DNA of 64,000 nucleotides, from positions 124,001 to 188,000 of the forward strand of contig OZ037838.1 of NCBI GenBank assembly GCA_964035575.1, given 5' to 3'. Within the stretch, counting starts at the first letter, position 1. Every line of letters begins with the position of its first letter. This DNA comes from Rhynchopus sp. YZ270_cl-10 (Eukaryota). The notes beneath the pieces are model-generated. The model saw only the letters and a program-made list of their open reading frames with translations, ran no database searches and was not told the DNA's origin. Of this stretch, positions 49,989-61,100 are shown piece by piece. The position numbers were made by a program, and so were the translations under genes.

Positions 49989-50912
49989 TTTGAGGTGTCT
50001 GTGTCAGTGTCTGTGTTGTAGGTATTTTGGTCATGAGCCTCCAGCTCCACGGCTCTGTAACTCGACAAAGAAAACAATTTCCACCCCTCGCACTTTGTTT
50101 TAGGCATTTAAATGGGTCGCATGCCTTGGCACACGGTGGAAAACCGTGTGCAACAAAATATGCAAAGGTTTGGGTTTCGCTTTGCCATCCCTAATTGACT
50201 AGGGAAAAAATAGGAAAATGTGCTAACTTGAATACATCTCTCTGTCTTAGCAAAGATTGAGTTGAAGACAAAAACAAAACAAACCAAAGTAAGTAGAGTA
50301 GCAGTTGGCTGTCGTGGCGACCTCAGGTTGTATTATTCAGGATGGTTGGGACACTTCTGTAAGCAGAGACTGATAGAGGGGAAGAAGAAAGAAAAGTTGA
50401 GAAGAAAAATATAAAAAAAACTTTTCTGATTTGTGAGAATGTTCTCCTCTACGCACATCTTGTATAGGAATAATAGTGTGGAACGTGCGTGGAAGATGAA
50501 AAAGACAAAAGAGTAGTTAAAAAGCGTACTAAAACGCAGCTCGTTCGAGCTCATGCAAAAGGGTAGGATGTGATGGGTCCATGATGAAACAAAAATCCTG
50601 TCTTGAAGTCAGTTTTAAGAATGTTTGCACAGGTAATGAACCAGGGGCACAAAAATGGTTGTTATCAAAAAGGGGTTGAATAATGTTGAAACAGCGATTG
50701 ACCAAAAAATCTAAACGAAAAAACGCAAATGTGATAAAAAAAAATAAACCTGGTGTGGCTGACGACCCCAAAATAGCAGAAAATAGCACTTTGGGGGGTT
50801 TTTTTTGAGTTTGGTGGCTGGGTGGTGGTGTGGCTCACGATGGACGAGGGAAGGAAACTTGGCCAGCCCGCAAACCCGGAAACCCCCTCCCACTCCACAA
50901 ACGGATCATAAG

Positions 50913-51309
50913 GTACACAGTACACAGTACACAGTACACAGTACACAGTACACAGTACACAGTACACAGTACACAGTACACAGTACACAGTACACAGTAC
51001 ACAGTACACAGTACACAGTACACAGTACACAGTACACAGTACACAGTACACAGTACACAGTACACAGTACACAGTACACAGTACACAGTACACAGTACAC
51101 AGTACACAGTACACAGTACACAGTACACAGTACACAGTACACAGTACACAGTACACAGTACACAGTACACAGTACACAGTACACAGTACACAGTACACAG
51201 TACACAGTACACAGTACACAGTACACAGTACACAGTACACAGTACACAGTACACAGTACACAGTACACAGTACACAGTACACAGTACACAGTACACAGTA
51301 CACAGTACA
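50913..51309 (+). repeat. (GTACACA)56 perfect heptamer microsatellite
   Basis: Uninterrupted 7-mer run of 392 bp plus a partial unit. Confidence 0.98.
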
Positions 51310-51508
51310 GCACCTGGTCTATATCGGGACAAAATACATTTTTTTTTTGCTAAAATTGCTCTTATTTTTTACGCTTTTTTGCTCGAAAAAAACGTTGTCC
51401 TGCATCTTTGGTAAGTGTTTTGGGGACTGGCTGGGGTCAGGAGTCCCTCATTTCCCCTCCCTTTAGCAAAAGCCCAAACCACGGCCAAAAAATAAAAAAA
51501 ATCCAGAC

Positions 51509-51562
51509 CCCCAAAATAGCAGAAAATAGCAGAAAATAGCAGAAAATAGCAGAAAATAGCAC
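51509..51562 (+). repeat. (GAAAATAGCA)n 10-mer repeat; a shorter copy lies at ~50766-50789
   Basis: CCCCAAAATAGCA(GAAAATAGCA)4C here and CCCCAAAATAGCAGAAAATAGCAC upstream. Confidence 0.85.
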
Positions 51563-52493
51563 CCCCCTTCAGCCACACCAAAACCGGCAAAGAAAAACAC
51601 AACACCCAAAAGACAGCAACAATCTCTCCACGAGAACACCGCCCATTTTATATTTCTTAAAACTTGAGTGTAGACAACCCGATGGACGAGCCCTTTTTAA
51701 GCAACCTCTGATGCCACGTCTTTGCTGCATCGACCAGCATCTGTCCAAAGACAGACCTTACCAGCAGGCTTCGACACTCACCCTGACTAGGATACGCACA
51801 GACCTCACAAAAAGAGTGGTCACTTTGCTGTGGATGGCATCAACACATGCCACATCAGCACCGTAAACACCACGGCTGGATCTTCTCCACCCCATATCCT
51901 TGAGGAGGACGGACACATGTATGCAAAAAAGGGTCACATCCGGCAGCCTCAACCCCCAAAGCTAGATGGAAGTCTTCCCGAAGCCCACCCCCACAACGTC
52001 CTTTTACCTCCCTGATGCCGTACGACAACATGAGGCCTGCACAGCTATCAGGGAAGGGAAACAGACAAAAAATGGGTAAAGTTGGACAGCGCAAAAGGCC
52101 TCGAAGATGTGGACTAGTGCTCATAGAGCCTTCCACAGTCGTTGTTAGATCATGTGATGTCAGAGAAAATAATCCAAAAAATCTTACTTAACACTCTGTT
52201 GATTAAAAACGGGATAGAAAAAATCGTGAACAAAAAAAATGGGGGATTGAAAAGCTGGAACGCTTCCTCACCTCCACAGATCAGACGCACTTTTAATTTT
52301 AACACAGCACAATAGGGAAATTAACACAAAAGAAAACTTGAACAGAACCAGACAAAGAAGTTCGAAGCCGAGCCTCGGGCCTTAGCCATATTTTAAAAGA
52401 TAACCACTATTTCCATTTGACCGACACACCCCACCCCAACGAAGAACAACCACGACACAGCGTTGGACACTCCACCTCAAAACACCCTGCTCC

Positions 52494-53999
52494 TCACTGC
52501 CTCATGTCGTATACATAATTCAACAGGATGAAGGCAACTAGCATGTACCCCACCCCAAGCCCAGCACACGTTGTCATTGCCGTCCTGAACCCCCAACCTT
52601 GCGCCACTGCTGAGATTGCAATGGGGCCGATTCCGTATCCAAGGTTGAGCGAACCGTTGAAGTACGCCGACGCGAGGGATGTGTTCTTCGCACGCACGGT
52701 CATGATCGACATGCCACAGATGAGCGCAAAGGACATCGACACTGAGGCGACGTTAAGCCCTACGACGACAAGACTCAGCTCGACACCTTTGCTTGTCACC
52801 GCTGAGTCCAACACATGAGGCAGCGGCACAGGGCCGATCAGAAGGTAGCCCACAGTCATGACCACGAAGCCCCAGAGGAAGAGCGAGCCTGAATGGTTAC
52901 CACGGTGGGCACGTCTGTCGCATGCGTTGCCCACAAAGGTGCCACACAGCCAGTACACCACCCCACTGCCGCCCATGATCACACCGATGAGCGTCTTGGA
53001 GAGCGAGAAGTGGTCGTCCAGGTGCTGTGAAAGAAGCGGCCCGATGGCGCCGTAGCCGATGCAGTTCACGGTGATGCCAAGCGCCACGATGTATGTCATC
53101 GCCTGCGACCGTGCCGGGCTGTCCTTCTCCTCCGGCTGCACGATGCTCCCACTTCTTGGTGTCCCCCCACCGCAACTACCGCCTTCAAGCAGCGCAGTCG
53201 TCTCACCAACGCACCGCTGCTCCACAGGACGTACAAAATAAGGCGCAGCAAACGCTATCACAAAAAACGGCCCCGCCACAGCGAGGAACGGCAGTGACCA
53301 CCCCGAGGCATCGTACAGCACACCCCCGAGCAGCGGGCCGGTGGCGATGCCTAGCCCGATCATGCCTTCCGACACACCCATGACCTGACCGAGCACTTCG
53401 GGGAAGAGGATTTGGTAGTAATTGAAGATAGATGTGTCCGCAAGACCTTGGCCAAGACCGGTAGCAAGACGGAGCAGGATTAGGACGAGAAGAAGCGACG
53501 TTTTCCGCTCTGTGATATCAAACGCAAAGGCCGTCACCGCAGTACAGGTCCCCGCAAAGAGAAACCCTACCGACAGCATCACGCTGTTCCCGACCCTCTT
53601 CTCCACTCTCTCTGCTGCAAACTGGCTTGCCACCATCCCTAACGGATGTGCCGCGTATACCACACCCACCCACACCTCCGAGATACCCTTATCCTTCATG
53701 CTGTCCGAAAGGAAGGGCGTCGGAGAAGACACATTGATGTACGCAAAGGTGAATGCGGCAAGAAGTGCGAGCAGCGCCTTAAACTTTGCCGCATCACGTC
53801 GGAAGTAATCGACCAGAGCGACCTTCGCAACGGAGGTGTGGGAGTGTGGGGAGGAGGAGGAGGAGGATGACGAAACGGTGACAACACTCTCACTCGGTGT
53901 TGCGAAGCTGCCCTCTGGTGTGGAGGATAACACGTAGTCGCGTGGTGTCTCGTTCACCTCGGTGTGCTGATTCCCTACAGCGGGCCCCTGATCTGACAT
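52494..53999 (-). CDS. MFS transporter (SLC18B1/DHA1-like)
   Basis: About 12 hydrophobic segments, with LLRLATGLGQG, GLGIATGPLLGGVLYDASGWSLPF and NLGYGIGP. ATG (MSDQG) is at 53999. Confidence 0.92.
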   Translation of the reverse strand: MSDQGPAVGNQHTEVNETPRDYVLSSTPEGSFATPSESVVTVSSSSSSSSPHSHTSVAKVALVDYFRRDAAKFKALLALLAAFTFAYINVSSPTPFLSDSMKDKGISEVWVGVVYAAHPLGMVASQFAAERVEKRVGNSVMLSVGFLFAGTCTAVTAFAFDITERKTSLLLVLILLRLATGLGQGLADTSIFNYYQILFPEVLGQVMGVSEGMIGLGIATGPLLGGVLYDASGWSLPFLAVAGPFFVIAFAAPYFVRPVEQRCVGETTALLEGGSCGGGTPRSGSIVQPEEKDSPARSQAMTYIVALGITVNCIGYGAIGPLLSQHLDDHFSLSKTLIGVIMGGSGVVYWLCGTFVGNACDRRAHRGNHSGSLFLWGFVVMTVGYLLIGPVPLPHVLDSAVTSKGVELSLVVVGLNVASVSMSFALICGMSIMTVRAKNTSLASAYFNGSLNLGYGIGPIAISAVAQGWGFRTAMTTCAGLGVGYMLVAFILLNYVYDMRQ

Positions 54000-56900
54000 G
54001 ATATACTTTTTGAAAACCCTTTTTTGCACCCACAGAAGTGGGGGTACCCTGGGTGGTGGAGGTGGTGGGAAGCGAATATTTGGGGCAGAAGTGACAAAAG
54101 GGAGAGGTGAGGGGAGAGCTTTTATTTGATCTTTGTAAAAAAAAAAACGAAAAAATTGCTATCCCCAAAACACACTTTGTCGACCCCCCACAGCCTCGAG
54201 TGTTGTCGATATCTGATCGACAGCTTCTCCTTTCACCATGCGTAACGGATGCAGATGGGGTATCTGTGGTCCCGTTGCAATAACACAAAAAATGTGTAGA
54301 GTTGTTATCCTCTACCGAAGCTCTCACGCCAATCCCCCTGAGAGCTGTAGGTGAAGTGTTGAGGGGGGGAGCTCGACTAATGGCCTGCGTCGACAGTGTA
54401 CAGAGAAATATCCTGTCGATATTAAAGCTTGTTCGGTTAACTGCGCAAAGGGTGTCTGGGGAAGAAAAAAGGATCAAAAAGGGGCAAAAAAAGGGAGCAA
54501 AAAGAGTAGGGTGGGTGGGTGGTCAAACCAGGGAGAAGGTACGGGGAATTCGGGGGGGGGGGGGTGGTATCGGAATTTCATGGTTTGAGGCAAAAAACGT
54601 GTTGCCAAACCAAAATTCTTACACCACCCTACGGTAGAAGAAGAACGGGAGAAATACGGGGAATTTGGGTTCCTATCACACCATATGGGGGTATAAGGTG
54701 TGGAGGCCTCTCCCTCTCGTGCTTAGTAGTCTTGTGAAAAGGGTGCAAAATGCTTTGATTGACTAAAAAAAAAAAAAAGAGGAAGTTGTAAATGCAAACG
54801 TCTGTGGGACGGAGGCACTCCGAATACGCAACGAAAAAAAGATATTTTAATTTGTGAGTATTTACTTATGCAAGAAGAAGAAGAGAAAAAAGTTTTTGTG
54901 AACGCAATAAAAAGGAAAAACACTAATGAGCGACTTTCAATGGTAATACACAAGCCTTGAAGGTTGTGGGTTTGCGGGGAAAAAAACTTTGTGTATCAGG
55001 AACAAGAACGAACTACAAGGAGGTTAAACTCCTAGTAAGACGAGCAAAAGGTGAAAGATGAAAAAATAAAAATAAAAAAAAAACAGCTTTTTTGGGGCAA
55101 ATAGCTACCACACAACCCTACTTATGTTTAGACAAACCAAAACTTCGGACAAATATTAGCTGCGAGAACTCCCCCTTTTTTGGACCTCAAAAGGAATACA
55201 AAAAAAGTTCAAAAATCCCGACTTTTACGGTCGCCACTTGATCTTGATAACCTCGACTAGGAAAGGGGAATATGATTTTCGTTGAACGCAGCCAAAACAG
55301 TGTCTGAATTAGCGCAATGTGATTTGAAGGGGGGGGAAGAAAACAGTCGGTATCAGGCGATTATAAACAGCTGTATTATTCGAGTTTCTAATGACACTGA
55401 GTAGGGGAAAAAAGGGGGGGGGAAACACCTTGTTTTGGCATAAAGCCGCACCAGACTCTTGAAGTATTTTTTCCCCCCAAACACCCAGAAACCTACAATC
55501 CTCAGTGCTCTCTCACTCCACTTTTTTTTTGAAAAATTCTGGTTTTTTTTATGGAGCTTCGTGAGACGCCCCAATCCTGGATTCTTAAACGATGACACTT
55601 TTTTTTTTTTGAAAAAATAAAAAATCACTGCGCCCGCTCTCAGACAGCTTCCTGCCATTTTGCTGTCCGAAGAGAGATGCCTTCCACTCACTCTTAGCTG
55701 TGCCCTACTTTGCCCCTTTTCCATGTCTGCCATCTTTTCTCTTTCGAAGCCCATTTTTTTTGTTGTGGCTGTATCCAAATATCCACAACGTTTTTTTTTG
55801 CTTTGGGCCTGTATCATCAAGTCTCAAGAACAAGAACAGAATAATACACTGAAGATGAATGTACCTCTCTCGTGCACATTACACATCAAGAATAAATCAC
55901 AGAGAAAAGGGTTAAGTGAAGTTGATAGTTGGTGCAAACGCCCCCTCCCTGGGGACGTGTGAAATAGATTTAAAAAAAAAAGAAAATTGTAGAGTAGAGC
56001 GTGACATATTCTTCCAGGGGGGAAAAAAAAGGGACTAAACATTCGCAAAATATAAAAAAAGTTTTTTTTGAGATGATCCTAAGCCTCTCGTGCTTCGCCA
56101 CCTTTTTAACAATAGGTTGTAATAGTGGACTCTAGCCAATTCCCATTGGTTCTTCATGTGGGAGGGTACTTAAAAAGTTGGTTTATCGATGTTCGTCGTT
56201 AGTTGAACATTGATGAACAAAACGACAAACTTTTGGTTCGTCGACAAAAAAAAACCAAAAGTTCGTCTGCACAGTATGTCTAGGGTGGCTACACTAATAC
56301 AACCAAGGTTTCAAAAAAAAAGAACTATTAGTCGCCAAAAAAATCACCACTGATAGGTAGATGCTTCCTCTTTTTAGAGTCGCTCTGAAATTGTGCTTTT
56401 TTGAAAGGTGTGCACGAAGATACGTATCCGAGCACTCCACGTTTCATAGAAATATTAGGTTCCAATATACTTTCCAAAGAACAGAAGAAAGTACAAGGAC
56501 ATAGAAAAAAATGAACAATTTAAAAAAAAAAAATCCCCCATTTTGTTTTTGTATACCCACAAAGTACTTTTTTTGTCCTATTTTATTAGGCTAAAAAAGC
56601 ATCAAAAAAATCTTGATGTTTTTTTTCACCTGACAGTTGATTCAATCAAAATTGGGGACGTTCAAGGAAATGAGAGTTCCCCCAGGGGAAAAGGAAAAGG
56701 GACGGAAACGCATGGTGTCAGTGGCCAGCACGGAATCACCTAGATTAAAATGGCGTTCTTCCTGTGCTCACATACTGTAAAGCATCACGCCCCTCTCGTT
56801 TGTCTGAGATAACGAACGCAGAAGAGGTACCTTAAGCTTCTTGTTTTGCTGGTTACTAAGTTAGCCATAAAAAAAGAAAGAAATTATTTCATATACTATC

Positions 56901-57193
56901 TGTTCTACTGAATAGAAGGTATAACAGGGTGCACTAAATGTACCCCAAACTTTTTGAAAAGAAAGAACGAACTGCGTTCTGCCACGTTCCACCCCCCATG
57001 CCAGAGTCGTTACCGATCCGCTCAGGCATCTGAAGGGCTCGCTTTTGTCGCAATCATAAAAAGAAAAACAAAAAATATATTTTGACTTGAAATACAAAAG
57101 CCTTCTCAGTGACAGTGTACCTTGGTGCATGACCGGTGCACCGGGGTGGGGGGAAAAAACACTCGATAACAAAATTCCGCGGAAAGGGGAGGG

Positions 57194-57227
<34 letters not shown>

Positions 57228-58162
57228 AAAAGTTGGAGGGGAAAAAAATAGGTGAAAAAAGGAATTGTGACCAGGTGGAAAAAGAACACCACATATATGG
57301 TGAAAGGTACCTTATCTACTGCAGGCGACACAGAGCAAAGAGGTGTGGGCTTTTGATAGACAAAAAAGGCAGGCGCAGAGTGCATTCATTGCACACCAAG
57401 ACACACGGGAGCGGGATGAGGGAAGGTTCATTGCCTCTTGACCATGACGGCGCCCATACGACCTTTTGGCTGTTGTGAAAAACACTGTGAACTCCCGTTC
57501 ATGTGCATGTTCAAAAAAAAAAAGTCTTTTTGAAAAAATAGAAGGTTTTCCACCTGCCTGAAATTTTGGAGTTTAGTTTAAATCACCAAAACTCCACCAA
57601 ATTTCGGGACAAGCGTTTCTGCGGACTCAAGCAAAGGTGAACATTTGCTCGATCGCCTTCAAAAAAAAACAAAGACTTGAAAGATGGATGGACTTCTTGT
57701 CCACACATCGAAATAAAAAATGAAAAAAATGCAGCAAAGTTGAACACAAAAACCCTGCTGTGAACGCACACAACCCCACAACCGCACGACGCCGTATGTC
57801 TCATGTCATGACATGTCACGTGCCTGAAATGACAAGTAAATAAATGACAAAACAACCACTTATCAATGATCAAGTCGTTGCTTGTCACCATGTTATTTCA
57901 TGTCATTTCCACTTGTCTGACACGAGAGTACTACGTCGTACAGAGCTGGGGGTGATGGGGGACAATATTATAGCCATATAGGGTTGTGGAAGTTATCTAA
58001 GAGGGATATGCTCGGACAGCCTAGTTAAAGGCATGGGCTTGGTTTCTTTGTTCATATTGTTGTCTTTGTTGACTTTTTTTTTGAGGGGGGGAACTGACAG
58101 AATGAACGTCCAGTTTGGTTATTTTCCTTTCACCTCTACAACTACACACTCTTTCCACCAAA

Positions 58163-61100
58163 TCACACTGAAGCCGAAGAAAACTCATTTGAGTTGTGAA
58201 GCTCTTCCTCATCGGCCATAAGGATGTCCGACAGCTGGACAGTGCCCTGTGCACGTTTGCGCTGCATAACGAAGGCAGCCATACCACCACACAGCACAAG
58301 GGCAATAGCGCCGATGAGGACCGGCAGCCACCACATGCTGCTGTCTCCGTCAGAGTCGGGTGCAGGTGTCTTAGCAGCACCACGCAGAGGAACGTCCGTC
58401 ACATCCACAGGCGTGGTGGTGGGTGTCCCCGTGGGTGCCGTGGTGTCAGGTGCTGTCGTGTTGCTAGGCGCAGTCGTGTCCGGTGCATACGTTTGCATCG
58501 GCGGCAGTGCTGTGGGTGCTGCGGTGTCGGGTGCAGTTGTGTCAGGAGCCGAAGTGGATGGAGCAAATGTTTGCATTGGCGGAAGTGCCGTGGGTGTGGC
58601 CGTCATCGGTGCTGTGGTTGCAGGTGCAGAAGTGTCCGGTGCCGATGTCGGTGGTGAGTTCGTGGATGGGGCAAACGTTTGCATTGGGGGAAGTGCCGTG
58701 GGTGCAGCAGTCATCGGTGCTGTGGTGGGTGCAGTTGTGTCAGGAGCCGACGTGGATGGAGCAAATGTTTGCATTGGCGGAAGCCCTGTGGGTGTGGCCG
58801 TCATCGGTGCTGTTGTGACAGGCGCAGATGTCAGGGGTGCAGCAGTCATCGGTGCTGTGGTGGGTGTAGTTGTGTCGGGTGCCGATGTGGATGGAGCAAA
58901 TGTTTGCATTGGCGGAAGCCCTGTGGGTGTGGCAGTCATCGGTGCTGTTGTTACAGGCGCAGATGTCAGGGGTGCAGCAGTCATCGGTGCTGTGGTGGGT
59001 GTAGTTGTGTCGGGTGCCGACGTGGATGGAGCAAACGTTTGCATTGAAGGAAGTGCTGTGGGTGTGGCAGTCATTGGTGCTGTTGTTGCAGGTGCAGAAG
59101 TGTCAGGAGCAACGGTAACGGGCGCAGTCGTCATCGGGGCCATTGTTACAGGCGCAGATGTCAGGGGTGCAGCAGTCATCGGTGCTGTGGTTGCGGGAGC
59201 AGTTGTGTCGGGTGCCGACGTGGATGGGGCAAATGTTTGCATTGAAGGAAGTGCTGTGGGTACGGCAGTCATCGGTGCTGTCGTTGCAGGTGCAGAAGTG
59301 TCAGGAGCAACGGTAACGGGCGCAGTCGTCATCGGAGCCATGGTTGCGGGAGCAGTTGTGTCGGGTGCCGATGTCGATGGGGCAAATGTTTGCATCAGGG
59401 GAAGCCCCGTGGGTGCTACTGTGGGTGGCGCCATTGTGTCAGGTGCTGAAGTTACTGGCGCAATCGTGTCTGGCGCTGTGGTCGCTGGAGCCATCGTCAA
59501 CGGAGATGTCGTATCTGGTGCTGACGTCAACGGTGCTGTGGTCATTGGTGCTGTGGTGACAGGTGCCATCGTCGGGGCAAGTGTTTGAAGGTTGCTGCTG
59601 CAGCCTCGTGTACCTTCAACAACAGCACCAACAGTGGTGGACCATGCGCCGTTCACGTCATCCTTCACAACCCAGAAGAAAGCTCCACCGTTGCACGCAT
59701 GCTGAGCCTTCAGCTCGTTCATCACACTCACACCAGCAGCAGCATCTGCATTGGACCCCGTCGCCGAGCAGTCTGCAATGCAGAACCCAAACACCACGCG
59801 TGTTGCATCTCCGCTGAACACATCGTCCACAAGCGTCTTGAAGTGTGCACCAGCAGACGGACGTCCACCAGCACCAACAAGCCCGTCAGTTGCAGGGCGT
59901 GTGTCTGCGTTGTAGTACTGAGGCAGCACGAAGTCAACAGACGCAGCCATCTCTTTCATCACAGTGAAGTATGCAGTGCTAGACTTCAGGTCCGACTCCA
60001 TGGGGGCATGGGTCACAAGGCTGCCAGCAGGAAGTTCCTGCTTCAACCCGACGGTCACGTCCTTCAGAAACTTCTGCGCCTCTGCACCACGTGTGAAGCC
60101 ACGTGACCCGCCGTTCTCGTAGTAATACTCGTAGTCGATGTCCACACCGTCAAAGTTCTGTGCTGTCACAATCGACTTCAGCTGCGACACCACGTGTGCC
60201 TCCTTCCCGAAGCAGTAGTCCCAGCAGTCGTTCACGTCGCCTGCCCAGGACCCGCCCATCCCAGCTCCACCGAAGGACACAATCACCTTCTTCCCTGCCG
60301 CACGCCACTTCGTCACCAGGTCTGGCTTTGCCTGGTTTGCGCACACAGGCACAGGCGAACCGATGTTGCACGCAGCATCGCAGTTGTTCTTTGACGCAGC
60401 CCATGTGTACGTCACAGCGAACGAGATCATGATGTGAGTGTAGTGCTCCAGCTGTTTGTCTGTCGGGCAGTCCTGCCAGTTCCCCAAGAAGGCAATCATA
60501 CGAGAGTCCCCCGTCGTTGGTGCCGGCACCACCACAGGTGCAGGTGCGGGTGTAGGTGGTGCAGCTGTCGGTGGGGCAACTGTTGTACCTGGAGCGAGAT
60601 TGCTGCAGCCTCGTGTACCTTCAACAACAGCACCAACAGTGGTGGACCATGCGCCGTTCACGTCATCCTTCACAACCCAGAAGAATGCTCCACCGTTGCA
60701 CGCATGCTGAGCCTTCAGCTCGTTCATCACACTCACACCAGCAGCAGCATCTGCATTGGACCCCGTCGCCGAGCAGTCTGCAATGCAGAACCCAAACACC
60801 ACGCGTGTTGCATCTCCGCTGAACACATCGTCCACAAGCGTCTTGAAGTGTGCACCAGCAGACGGACGTCCACCAGCACCAACAAGCCCGTCAGTTGCAG
60901 GGCGCGTGTCTGCGTTGTAGTACTGAGGCAGCACGAAGTCAACAGACGCAGCCATCTCTTTCATCACAGTGAAGTATGCAGTGCTAGACTTCAGGTCCGA
61001 CTCCATGGGGGCATGGGTCACAAGGCTGCCAGCAGGAAGTTCCTGCTTCAACCCGACGGTCACGTCCTTCAGAAACTTCTGCGCCTCTGCACCACGTGTG

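Noticed and set aside
50665..51414. ORFs across the heptamer tract
   Set aside because: They are stop-free microsatellite translations.
54100..58100. Short ORFs in the A/T-run-rich spacer
   Set aside because: They are homopolymer-rich, with no coding signature or recognisable domain.
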